From contig NC_068997.1 in assembly GCF_001194135.2 (NCBI RefSeq), positions 2,286,829-2,350,828 of the forward strand: a stretch of DNA of 64,000 nt, given 5' to 3'. This document shows, in pieces, positions 52,115-64,000 of this stretch. The notes below the pieces were generated by a model. It saw only the letters and a list, made by a program, of their open reading frames with translations, did no database searches and was not told the origin of the DNA. Numbering within the stretch: the stretch's first letter is position 1; each line of letters begins with the position of its first letter. The stretch comes from Octopus bimaculoides. Lineage: Eukaryota. The position numbers and the translations under genes were made by a program.

Positions 52115-52400
52115 AGCATCATTACTGCTCTAACGTCCACTTTTCCATGCTTGTATGGGTCAGATAATGTTTATTGAGCCAAATTTTCCACAGACAGATG
52201 CCTTTCCTGTCATCAACCTTTACCTGTATCTAAGCAAGGTAATATTTCCCCATGGCTAAGTGACACCGCTTATGTGACAATGACACTCATTTACGACTAA
52301 CACATGATGTTAAAACATGATAATACAAGCATACACACTTACACACACACACTCACACACAGACACTAACATATGATGTCAAAACATGGCAATACAAGCA
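52115..52400 (-). mobile_element. RTE-like 3' end, family B
   Basis: ttttccatgcttgtatggg...aaggtaatatttccccatgg. Related copies at ~12710-12945 (minus), 14160-14350 (plus), 54100-54285 (minus), 3916-3995 (plus). Confidence 0.65.
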
Positions 52401-54289
52401 TACACACATACACTCTCACACATACACATTGGCTTTTGCCAGTTTATGCCTGCCAAACCTGCCATCAAGGCTTTGGTTGTCCCAGGGTTATAGTAAAAAA
52501 GCACTTGCACATGGTGCCACACACTGGGACTGAACCTGAAACCGCATGGTTGGGAAGCGAACTTCACAACCAAACTTGTGCCTAAGAGAATTTTAATTTT
52601 AATATTTGATATTATTCTTTAAGTAAAACTCATAATCAATATTTACTGGTTTTTAAGGCAGTGAGGTGGCAGAATCCTTAGCACACCAAACCAAAATACT
52701 TACATTTTGTCCATTTTTACATTCTGAGTTTAAATCCTGCCAGGATCAACTTTGCCTTTCATCCCTTTGAAGTTGATGAAATAAGTATCAGTTAAGCCCT
52801 AGGGTCAATGTAATCAACTAACCCCCTCCCCCAAATGTTCAGGCCAATTGTAGAAAGAATTATTATCAGTATTAAGACAGCAAGTAAGGGGGTGAGTTGG
52901 CAGAATCATTAGAATGCTTTGTGGAATTTCATCTATCTTCACGTTCTGAGTTCAAATTCTACCAAGGCTAACTTTGCTTTTCATCCTTCCAGGGAGTCAA
53001 TAAAAAAAGTACCAGTTGAGCTTTGGGGGCTGATATAATCGACTTACCCTCTCTCCCCAAATTGCTAGCCATGCGCCAAAATTTGATGCCAAATTGGTTT
53101 ATATCATTTTAACATCTGTTGTGACTAGTAAACAGAAAAGCTTATTGCAAAAGATGTGATGGAGACATGTCCAGCTGTGTAAGCAAAAGAGGCCATTCTG
53201 AACCATAACTGCTGAAGATGCTCAGTAAATGTTGCTCAGTCAGTGTAGCTCATTAAATGTAGTTCACCAGGCTATGGACATCTTCAATAAAGCAGGTTGC
53301 CTGTCAATGGAGAATAGGAAAGCAACTGCTTGTTGCTATTTGGAACAATGTTTGAAAGTGATAACAAAAGAAAATTGGTCTAGACACCATTGAACATTGA
53401 CAAAGCAGTTTACAGGAAGTATTACACATAAAATCTGTAGATTTCTCTACAAATTTCAAATTAACATTTTGCAGTTTGTGCAAGAATATAAGCATTGGAC
53501 ATTAAGAATTTTGTGATTAGTTGAGTCAAAAAAACAAAATAATTTCAGTAAATATCTATGAACCTAAGACTTAAGTATGGCAGCAACAGCATGACCAAAA
53601 TGTACAGTAGAAATAATCAGGAATTAATGAAACTCTAAATATTGTAGTGGCCAGTATAGTTCCTGAATTTTAACTCCATGGAAAACTTGGAAAACAGGTT
53701 ATACAATGTGTTTTCAACAAAGAAAATCCAGAAAGCTTAGAAAATTCCTGGGCACCGCCTAGGAAGATTTTAGTAGAATGAACCAACCCCAGTACTAATT
53801 ATTTTTAAATACACACATACAAAGACATGCCTGCATGCACACACACACACACACATGTGATTGTCTTCTTTCAGTTTCTGTCTACCAAATCCACTCACAA
53901 GGCTTTGGTTGGCCTGAGGATACAGTAAAAGATACTTGCCCAAAGTGCTATGCAGTGGGACTGAACCTGGAACCATGTGGTTGGGAAGCAAACTTCTTAC
54001 CACACAATTCATTTTCATAAAAATCAAGGATTGAATTGAAAGGATTTTTTAAAAAGAAGTTGAATGTCTTCAAAGGATAATATAACAGTTTAGTGTAACG
54101 TTTGAAGTGGATTTTCTACAACCACTTGCTTTCCTGTCACGAACTCTCACTTGTTTCCAAGTAAGGTAATATTTCCTCATGGCCAGATATGCTTTCACAG
54201 AAGATTGGAAATGACGGACACTGCTTGTATGACATTGACATTCATTTGCAACAATGACACAGTGTCAAGGCAAGGAACTACAACCATAC

Positions 54290-54382
54290 ACACGGCCCTG
54301 CAGCGCATCAACTCTTGCCATGCAGAAGCTGCCCGGCATTTTGACCTGGGAGTCAGTTTAAAGAAAACAGAAGTCCTGAGTG
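54290..54382 (+). mobile_element. RTE/BovB-like RT fragment
   Basis: ALQRINSCHAEAARHFDLGVSLKKTEVL. Confidence 0.65.
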
Positions 54383-55196
54383 CAGAAACTGGAAGAGCTG
54401 TAAGGAAGATGAAGTGAAATTCTTCATGCTTGTTGCAGGCATTCTTCTAAAGGAATTAAACGGCCCCCAAAAAAATTATTACATTAATTGACAATTTTAG
54501 TGAACTTCACAACCCATTATTTAGTCAATCTGATGTGGATTAACAGAATTGCTAGAGGGTCGGACAAAAAGTTTTGTGGTGCTCTGACTCTATATTCTGA
54601 GTTCAAATCACACTGAAGTCAACTGGGCATTTTATTTTTCAGGGTTGATGAAATGAGGTAGAAGTAAAGTACTTGGTTGATTTAATTAACTAATCCCCAC
54701 CTCCCACTAAAATTGCTGGCTCTGCGCCAAAATTAGAAATATTTCATTGTTCTAAGTTTAAAATTACAAGGTCTGAATTCAATATGTCACTCCTCTGTCT
54801 GCTAGCATCAGAAACTTTGAATCAATACTGAAATTATTCATAATTGAACTGTAAAAAACACTGATTGATACATTTACCAACACAGACAAAGCAGCAACAG
54901 GAATCAATAATGAAGTATGTGTTATGGAATATTTCAGCTTCTTTTGTGGGTTGGGTGATGAATTTAAAAGTGAGGTTTCAAGATTCACAAAAATCACCAG
55001 TTTCAACTCCAAATAAGCGAAACTCACTTTGATATGATAATAAACAGTGCCCTCCATTCCTTAATTTATTTAGTCTGATAATAATTAGAAATGAAAACAG
55101 ATTAGTGAAACAAGAAAAAACACATTAAATAATGTAGTCCAAGATACACTTACTCAGGAAAGAAAATATGATGGTTCTAAATGGAGCATCTTTTAA

Positions 55197-55417
55197 CCCT
55201 TTGGCATTCAGATTACTCTGTCAAATCTAATGCTTACATATTCAAAGCATTTTGAATTAATCATGCATTAGCTCATAGCTTTGAAATTTCGATGAGGTGA
55301 TTGTTTATTTTTAAAATGACACTGTAGAGTAGGTGTGAAAGGCCAGATGTGACCAATCCGAAGACAAAACAGGTAGAACATTTTTGACTGAATATAGCCA
55401 GTTTAAATGCTAAAGAG
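55197..55417. mobile_element. piggyBac-type MITE (TTAA TSD)
   Basis: TTAA|cccttttggcatt ... aatgctaaagag|TTAA; second copy at 60410-60632. Confidence 0.75.
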
Positions 55418-57412
55418 TTAATCATGACCCTGTTCAATCAGCATTAACCAGTGATTAAATGAGGGCACATTTGATAATGTATTCCTAGGAACACTTTGTC
55501 TGGAGAATACATTGGATGGTCTTGTCTGGAATGTCTTTGACTATGAGCACAGCCATTGCTACATGGCTAAAATGTTTGCTTGCCAACTGTGTGGTTTCAG
55601 GCTTAATTCCAGTGCTTAGCACTTTGATTAGGTTTTTTTCTTTGGTTGACCAAAACTTTATGAGTGGTATTTGGTAGATAGGAACTATACAGAAGCTAAT
55701 TGTTCGAAGGTTGTTTGTGTGGTAGTCATGATCTGAACCCAGTTTAATAGCAAACCTGATTGCAAGGTTCTTGGGTACCATTACTAGTCTCCACTCTTTT
55801 GCAACCATTCTGATCAGCCATCAAGATTCTGTTCTGATGATAACTTCTCTTCATCTCCGACCAATTTGATAGAGTAACCCATAACAACCAGGCACCAATA
55901 TAAAGGAAAGAACAGAGTGGAGATGAAATTGAAAACTGTGACACAACCTCATGTACCATAATCTCTTAGAATCTTGGTTCTTTTACTTTCTTTCATTGTG
56001 ATTTACCAATATTAAAACAACTTACAGCTCTAACAGTGAGGCTGACCTACTTTTTGATGTTGTTGAACTAGTGTCTGTCTTGGAAGTGGTTCCAAGCGCA
56101 CTGCTTTGAAATATATCACCAATTCTCTAGATGTGTTCAAGAGAGCAAAGATTCCCTTAGACAACAGTTCTCAGATGCATTGGTTTTGTGCCAAATGTAA
56201 TCTAGAAACATATTCCTGGCTCCCTTTTTGATGTATGATACCATAAGTTTATCTGTGTTTCCATCTTAAATGGTGTCAACTTAATTTTGTCAGCTTTTTA
56301 GGATCTGCATTTTGTAGTCAGTAGACGACACACACACACACACGCACATACATACACCTCCCCTGTAAAGTTTACTCAGTAGATTTGCAACAGAATAGTG
56401 CCAAGAATTAATCCCCGCCAAAAATACAAACAAAAATGCATAAACAAAATGATAATGATAATCAAATCATGTCTTCCACGAATTACATTATTAACAGGAT
56501 TATAATCCAATACAAGTGTTTACGGAAAGACTTTTAGAACGCCGCCATAATTAGTTTATGGAATAATTCCTGCTTCTGCAGAAACACAAAGTAAACAAAG
56601 AAATCCAGGAAGAATTCCTGGAAACACTCTTTTGTTGTCGGCGACAATTATAAACCAGAGAAGAGTGGGATTGGAGTGGAAGAACATGAAAGACATAAAA
56701 CATAATTTTAGAATTCCAATTTGAAAAGATAAAAAGAAAAAAAATAAATATATATAAAAAAAGTGTTGCAGAGATGTTAAAGAATATCCACGGTTCCATT
56801 GCCATATACAAATATAAACTGTTCTTAATGTTATTAGGAATCATAACCTTGCTGTTCTTCCATTCTTTTACTAAGGGAGTAAAATGGCAAATGCTCTGAG
56901 ACAATGATTCGCCATTATACAAAAGGAACAGGAATAGGCATGAGTGTGTTTGGGGTGGGGTTTTAGAAGGGTGGCTGTGTGTAAAGAATGTGTTTGAGCT
57001 GTGTTTTGGGGAAGATTCTGTGGAGGTGTATGCATGTGCGTGGGGGGGGGATAGAGGAAGTACATGAGTCTGCTTGGAGGTATACATGTGCATATGAGTG
57101 AGTTGATGGGGGAGGGGAGATGTAGTTGCTTGTATAGGGACACGTATAAGTGTATGTGTGTGTATATGTAGAGGTGTATAACAGTGCGTTTGAGTAGAGG
57201 CAAGTGTGTACATGTGCAGAGAGAGAGAGAGAGATGGGTGAATCTACGTGTGTGTGTTGGGTTGGATGTGTGGGTATTTGTGTCTGCATGTAGAAATGTC
57301 AATGTACTTGTGTGGAGATGTTTGTGCAGACGGAGACAAGTGCATATAAAATATTTCATTAAAAGAATACAAAGACAAAAACTATGGTGTTATCAAATTT
57401 CCTAAAGAAATA

Positions 57413-57457
<45 letters not shown>

Positions 57458-57904
57458 TAAAAAATTCTAATAAAATATTGAAAATTATCAGTAGTAGTAG
57501 TTGTAAAAACAATTGCAATAATCAAAATGAAATGACATAATAATGATGATGATGATGATGATGTTGATGATGAATAATTTTATTTAGCACAAGGGTGATG
57601 GCTGGGGAGACATTAAATGAAAACCACAGAGTTTATGTAGAAGTGAGTGATGAGAAAACGAGCAGGAAAATAAAAGAGAAAAAGAATAATAAAAATGACG
57701 ATGCGTTTGAAGTTTTTTGTCTAGCATGGGAAATTTTTAACCATGTTTTCCAAGATGAACCTAATTCTTTTAAGAAAAGAAATTCTTTATGTATTTTTAT
57801 AAACCATGGATAAAAATAACAACAGCTAGAACAGAAAGCTCCAAAAAAGACAACAACTAAAATAACAACAATCGGAGCAAGTAAGATCTAGGGCTCCGAG
57901 AAGT

Positions 57905-58115
57905 AAAATATAATAATAACAATAACGATAACAATAATAATAATAATAATGATGATAATAATAATAATGATAATAACAATAATAATAACAATAATAACAA
58001 CAATAATAATAATAACAATAATAACAACAACAACAATAATAATAATAACAATAATAATAATAATAATAATAATAATGATAATAATAATAATAGTTATAAT
58101 AACAATAAATAATAA
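57905..58115. repeat. (AAT/AAC)n microsatellite
   Basis: Directly visible; another (AAT)n at 57412-57457. Confidence 0.95.
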
Positions 58116-58985
58116 ATATTTCTAGTGGAATGAAAGAAAAATAATTTGAAAACTAGGGGTAATTTTTTTCTCTATGGATTTCTGCTTCCATCTCCCATTG
58201 CAAAGAAAAACTTTAAAAAAGTCTAAAAATTTACCATAACTGTGCCGCTTCCATGTGTGCCGCGTTCATTCCACTAACTTTACCATAAAAAATATATTTA
58301 ACAATATTTTCTAAATCACTAAGCAATGATATTTATCTAAATGATGTCATTTTTTTATGCATCCATATGTTTTACTCTCCTTTCTCTCTCTCTCTCTCTG
58401 TACTGACTAAGACTTAGATCTAAAGGAGGAAGAAGACAAATAACTACAACAAGGGGGAGGGAGGTGTAATAGAACATTTAAGAATTCTTAATAGCATCAG
58501 AATTAACCATGGAGAAGTCTGTGGAACATAAACATGTGTTTCATTATTTTCATTCTAATCCCTGGAATTCGACTTAAAAACGAACTTCATTGGGTGGGCG
58601 GAGGAAAGATGGTAAATATTTAAATAGAAACTTCAGTGCAGATCAAAGAATGGATAGGGAATGGAGTTGGTGGGACAAGAGAAGAAGTAAGTTGTCTCTG
58701 GATATGAATTTAATTTGTATTTTGTTTGAATTATTTTCTACTATACTCCTATTGAATTGGAGATAGATATCTAAAAAGACAGGAGTAGAGAGAGAGGTGG
58801 GGGTGATGGATAAATATGTGGTTGGATGGATAAATTATATATGCACATACATGTATACACATACACACACATATATATACATGTATATGCACACACAAAT
58901 ATATACATGTATACATACACACAAGTATAAATATATATTTGCAAACATTATATACATATGTGCACACACACACATACATATATAT

Positions 58986-59016
<31 letters not shown>

Positions 59017-59114
59017 ATGTAAATATAAATGCATATGTATATTTACATAATATATAAGTATATATAAATAATATATATATATATATATATATGAATAATA
59101 TATATATGTATATA

Positions 59115-59154
<40 letters not shown>

Positions 59155-60174
59155 GAATATAACGTATGTATATCTATGTAATATATAATATGTATACATA
59201 TATAATAAATAATATGTATATATACATATATAATATATAAAATGTATATATCATCATCATCATCATTTAATGTTCTTTTTTTCCATGTTGTCATTGGGTG
59301 GACGATTTGATAAGAACAAATGAGTCAAAGAACTCCACAGATTCTATATCTACTTTGACAAAGCCTCTACAGTTGTATTCTTTTCCCTAATGCCAACCAC
59401 TTACTGGGAGCATTTTTATGTGGCACCAGCTCTGTGAAGTTGCCATTTATCTACAAGATATGACCCCTCAGCTGAGTGGGGTATAGACTGGAGGAATCAG
59501 AAACTATGATGGACAGGGAAGAGTATGTATCTTGCTGAAGAGATGAATACATGACTTGTCCAGCTGGAAAGTGAGAAAGAGAAAAAAATGTGAGGTTAAC
59601 CAACAACTAAAGGAGCCTCAATGTAATTGATTGAGTCACTAGAAACAGTAATCAAATTTCAAATCAAATCTTGTCTTAGAATCTAAACGAGACATTAGAA
59701 ACTATAGTTCCTGATTAACAAAAAAACAAATAGTAATAACTGGAAGGGTTCCGTCATAGTTGCTCCACCAATGTTGTTCTAGAGCTAAACAATAATAATT
59801 ATACTTCCACCCAAAGATGAACCCTCTATATCACTAAGTGTGAGAAGAGTAGGAGAGAAAAAAAAACAGAAGCTAGGTTTAAAGTAAAAAGGATAACTGA
59901 AAGAGAACAATATGAAATGCAAGAAGAAAATAGAGCAAGGTATAGGAATTATTGAAAGTAAAAAGAAATAAACTGTTGTTTGACAGGTACTAAGTAAGTA
60001 TTCTCTGTCGAGTTTATATAGAAATGAGAGGAATATAACTGTCATATCACATGTGTGTGTGGGTGTGTGTATTAGTATTTTTAATGCTGTATGAATGTGA
60101 TCATTACGCAGTGCCAAGACTGTACTCAGAGTTATTGAGGGGAGCAACTGACAGACACAAGTTTAAATACTCAC

Positions 60175-60290
60175 ATATGAGCTGGTAATTCATATATGTT
60201 TCTACAGCGGTACTCCTCAATCACATGATGCGAATAGAGAGGTAATTTGTGGTATGGGTTGACAGAGACAACAACATTTCCAATATACGT
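60175..60290 (-). CDS. Myo1b: Myosin I (MYO1A/B-like) motor-domain exon, 116 nt, phase 0 to phase 2
   Basis: Minus strand ttcttttcag|ACGTATATT...CATAT|gtgagt. Translates TYIGNVVVSVNPYHKLPLYSHHVIEEYRCRNIYELPAH, the myosin N-terminal motor motif (TYIG..VSVNPY). Confidence 0.95.
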
Positions 60291-60409
60291 CTGAAAAGAA
60301 CAAAAAGAGTGCAACAACGATAAAATATTTAAACAAATCAACAACAAAACAAAACAAAACATAAAGCATAAATGGGTATCATGAGAAATAAAGAGTTGAT
60401 ACTCCTTAA

Positions 60410-60632
60410 CTCTTTAACATTCAAATTTATCTGTCTAATGTAACGATTTTTTTATTCCCATTGTTTTCAATTAATCATGCATTATCTTGTAGCTTGCAGA
60501 TTTTATTTTTGTGATTGTTTAGTTTTTAGAATGACATTATAAAGTAGATGGGAGAGGCTGAATCTGCCCAGTTTGAACATAAGACTGGTAGAGTACTTGG
60601 ACCAGATATGGTTGGTTTAAATGTTAAAAGAA
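60410..60632. mobile_element. piggyBac-type MITE, second copy, ~120 bp upstream of the myosin exon acceptor
   Basis: TTAA|ctctttaacatt ... aatgttaaaagaa|TTAA; interior alignable to 55197-55417. Confidence 0.7.
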
Positions 60633-63279
60633 TTAATCATATGAAATAATCCAATCTCTGTTCAACAAACATATTGATTCCTAACTCTACCTTCTCTAAA
60701 GTTACTCTTGTGACCTCACCGCCTTTCAATCTACCACTAATTCAACCCATCAAACTCAATCATTCCCATTTATCCCATCCCCCAGTATGCTCTCTTCCCT
60801 GCATGAAGCACTAACAACAATCCTTCCTTCCCTCATTATCATCTCTATAGAATTCTCCACTCCTACTCACTCATATTCATGAGGGTTTTCTTGTAGCCCC
60901 TGCCCCAAGGGGCATAGATGCAACTCCTTACTCCTGGTCATATCATTAAAAGAGGGGAAAAAAAAGAGAAAATAAAACAGTAGCTGTGGTCAGCCACTGA
61001 CCTCAACCAAGAACCCATCAGACCATAAAGCCATTTTAAACTTTATTTACAGACCAAAGGCTCACTTTAATATTTATCTCTACTATGTGTGAAAAATATT
61101 CACTTCAAATGTATGCATAAAATCTAAAATTGAACATTTTGAAGTAAAGGCCAAATCAAGCTGAAAGCATTGGTTCTCATTTGATCACCAAAGTTAAGCA
61201 AAGTTGAGCCCTGTTTGTATTTAGATGGATGACTGCTTTGGAAACCTAGGTACCACAAGCATAGGCAGGAATCTATTGAGATGTGAGAAGTGGCTATGTA
61301 TGACACACAGATATGGAGGATGTAAGAATTCCAACTTGTGTAACCAATATGAACAAAGGATGCTTGACTAAAGGCCACAGTCAAATGACTGAAACAAGTA
61401 AAAGAGTATATATGTACACACACACACACACACACACACATACATTCATATGTACACCCCTAATCCCCACATATATATATGTACATACTCATAGGTACAT
61501 ACATATGTACACACACACACATGCACACACGCACACACACACTTATACATACATAGATGTATAAGCATGCCAGAGGATTCTTCAGTTTTCCTCCAGTAGT
61601 TTCACTCTGAAGATATTGGCTTCTAATTTTAGCACAAGGCCAGCAATTTCGAGAGAGGGAGAATGTCAACTACATCAACCCCAGTGCAAACTGGTACTCA
61701 TTTTATTGACCCCAAAAGGATGAAAGGCAAAGTAAAGCTCGGCGGAATTTGAACTCAGAACGGAAAGATGGATGAAAGTCCACTAAGCATTTTGCTTGGC
61801 AGCTAAGAATTCTGCCTGTTCACCACCTTACTCACCCAAAAGATATTGGTCAGTGTTATAGTATAAGATGTTAGCTGACAATGTCCATGTTGCAGGATGG
61901 AACCTCTAGCCATTTGATTCCAAAACAAATTTCTTAACCACACAGCCAAACCTGAGAATTGTAGTAATGACGATCATGGCAATGGTAGTAGTAGTGGTGG
62001 TGGTGGTGGTGGTGGTGGTGGTGGTAGTAGTGATAATAACTGTGATGATGATGATGAGGAGGAGGAGGAGGATTATGATGATGACAGTTGTGGTTATGAT
62101 GGTGATGGTGATGATGATGATGATGACGACGACGACAACATTAGTGTTGGCAAAATCTGTTTTGAATGGTTATATTTTTATCAAGAAACCAGAAATGGTG
62201 CAAGAATTATAGACAATTAATGGTCCATCAATTTGAAGCAAATATAAAAAAATTCTTAGAAAATAAATTTTTTCATTGTGATGTTTTGACCTTTTTTAAG
62301 ATCTGAAGAATTTAAAACAGGTTATTTTTACCTTTATTATTTTTTTTTTTTTTCTCCCCCTCAATAAACATTGTCTTGTTTACACAAACAAGTTCACCTT
62401 TCAATTTTTGGCAAAATGTTGAGAAAGTTTGTTTGTGAGGTGGAGAAGAGGATGTGTTTGTCTGAAGAAATGCTAAGGAAATGGGTGCAACCACTTCTTT
62501 TTTTTCTCTTCTTGAATTGTTTCAGACAAACTATTTAAACAAGAGAATTTTATAAAACAATTTTATATGTAAAAATCAAAATTATTATTGTCCTCCTGCT
62601 CATTATTATTATTATCAAAGTGGAGACCTGGCATAATGACAAGCAAAATGCTTAGCTGCATTTTCTCAATCTTTTATGTTCTGAGTTCAAATTCCGCCAA
62701 GGTTGACTTTGCCTTTCGTCCTTTTGGGGTCGATAAATTAAGTACCAGTTGAGTACTGGGGTTGATGTAATCAATTGTCCCCCACCCCACAAAAATCTAA
62801 GCCTTGTGCCTATAGTAGAAAGGATTACTATTATTATTATTATTATTATTATGAGTCTTCTTCTTCCTATTCTTCTTATTATTATTATCAAACAGTGATC
62901 TGGCATAATCATTAGCATGCCGAGCAAAATGCATAGCAACATTTCGTCCATCATGATTACCCATTTGATAGAGGTACACCAGGCATATGCATCACAACCA
63001 TATGTGCATAATGTAGTGCTCTGGCATGGTTTCTGTGGTTGGATGTGCTTCCTAACACCAACCACTTTACAGAATGTACTGGTGCTTTTTTTTTTTATGC
63101 TAGCAGCGTTATTGGGGCCATCCTACACCCCACCAAGACTACAGACCCTAGAAGAGGTGGAGGTTAGCTTTATGCTAAGGGATGGGGAGGAGATTATAAA
63201 GTATGGAGGGGAGGGTTAGTAGAGATTTTTGTAGAGGTTACACACATTTAGTAGGGGAGTAGAAGAAAGAGAAAAGAAA

Positions 63280-63330
63280 AATAATTAGAAAAGAAAAGAA
63301 AAGAAAAGAAAAGAAAAGAAAAGAAAAATA
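63280..63330. repeat. (AAAAG)n pentanucleotide repeat
   Basis: Directly visible. An (AT)nAA compound repeat runs from ~63912 to the window end. Confidence 0.9.
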
Positions 63331-63926
63331 ATTAGTAGGGTCCACAAAAAGATAATGGCACTGCCCAGGAAGACCTTCTATGGGTATTTTACCCAATTTT
63401 TTCAAGGATGTTTTCACAGCTATCCCACATTTGAAATTTATTTTATTTTCTGTTGAATATCATCCCACTCAACGCTTCTAAGTTTGTTTTTTAAAAAAAT
63501 GTTCTCACATTCCGAAAAGCTATTACTTAGTGTTATAATAGACAGTCGTTGTTGTCAGGGGCTGGTTAGCTTAATAGTACAGAGAGGTAGAAAGATCAAT
63601 CCTTTGCAGCTGCCTGCTGGCAACTTTTTTCCTATCCTCTATGGATAATTAGACTGTATTCACAGTTATCCCGTGTTCAAAATTTACTTTTTCTGTAGAA
63701 TACCAAACCACCAGATGCATCTAAGTTTGTTTATAAAAAATGTTCTCATATATGTGTGTGTGTGGTAAGGAGCTTGCTTCCCAACTACATGGTTCGGGAT
63801 ACACTCCCACAGCATGGCACCTTGGGTAAGTGTTTTCTACTATAGCCTCAGTCCAACTATAAAGACTTATGAGTGGATTTAGTAGATAGAAACTGAAAGA
63901 AACCCGTTGTGTATATATATAAATAT

Positions 63927-63993
<67 letters not shown>

Positions 63994-64000
63994 AATATAT

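Noticed and set aside
61805-61900. Minus-strand gtgagt donor as a possible upstream myosin exon
   Set aside because: No frame gives a myosin N-terminal sequence ending at phase 0 before TYIG; it abuts an S2 SINE head.
1-64000. Strand bias of RTE remnants relative to the myosin gene
   Set aside because: Rough count by eye of about 14 minus versus 10 plus is not distinguishable from chance.

Overview
AT-rich, microsatellite-saturated animal genomic DNA from a gapped short-read assembly (N gaps mostly flanked by (TA)n). The repeat families and architecture point to an octopod cephalopod (Octopus-like); this is inference, not a database result. The only host gene is a class I myosin (MYO1A/B-like) on the minus strand. 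Three motor-domain exons (60175-60290, 37755-37849, 17720-17824) have canonical GT-AG ends and splice in frame through the P-loop GESGAGKT, separated by ~22 kb and ~20 kb introns. The rest is intron filled with RTE-clade LINE remnants, several tRNA-derived SINE families, one decayed full-length mariner, one decayed full-length Tc1, Tc1/mariner, hAT and piggyBac-type MITEs, Penelope-like (PLE) remnants, and simple repeats. The most interesting signal is three minimal type-I hammerhead ribozyme motifs of the PLE kind, with unrelated flanks. Two have intact cores and lie antisense to the myosin; one is catalytically decayed and lies on the sense strand. Also notable are a twin-priming-type inverted RTE insertion and three long hairpins in the first 3.5 kb. 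Repeat boundaries were read by eye and may be off by 5-20 bp unless a TSD or TIR is quoted.
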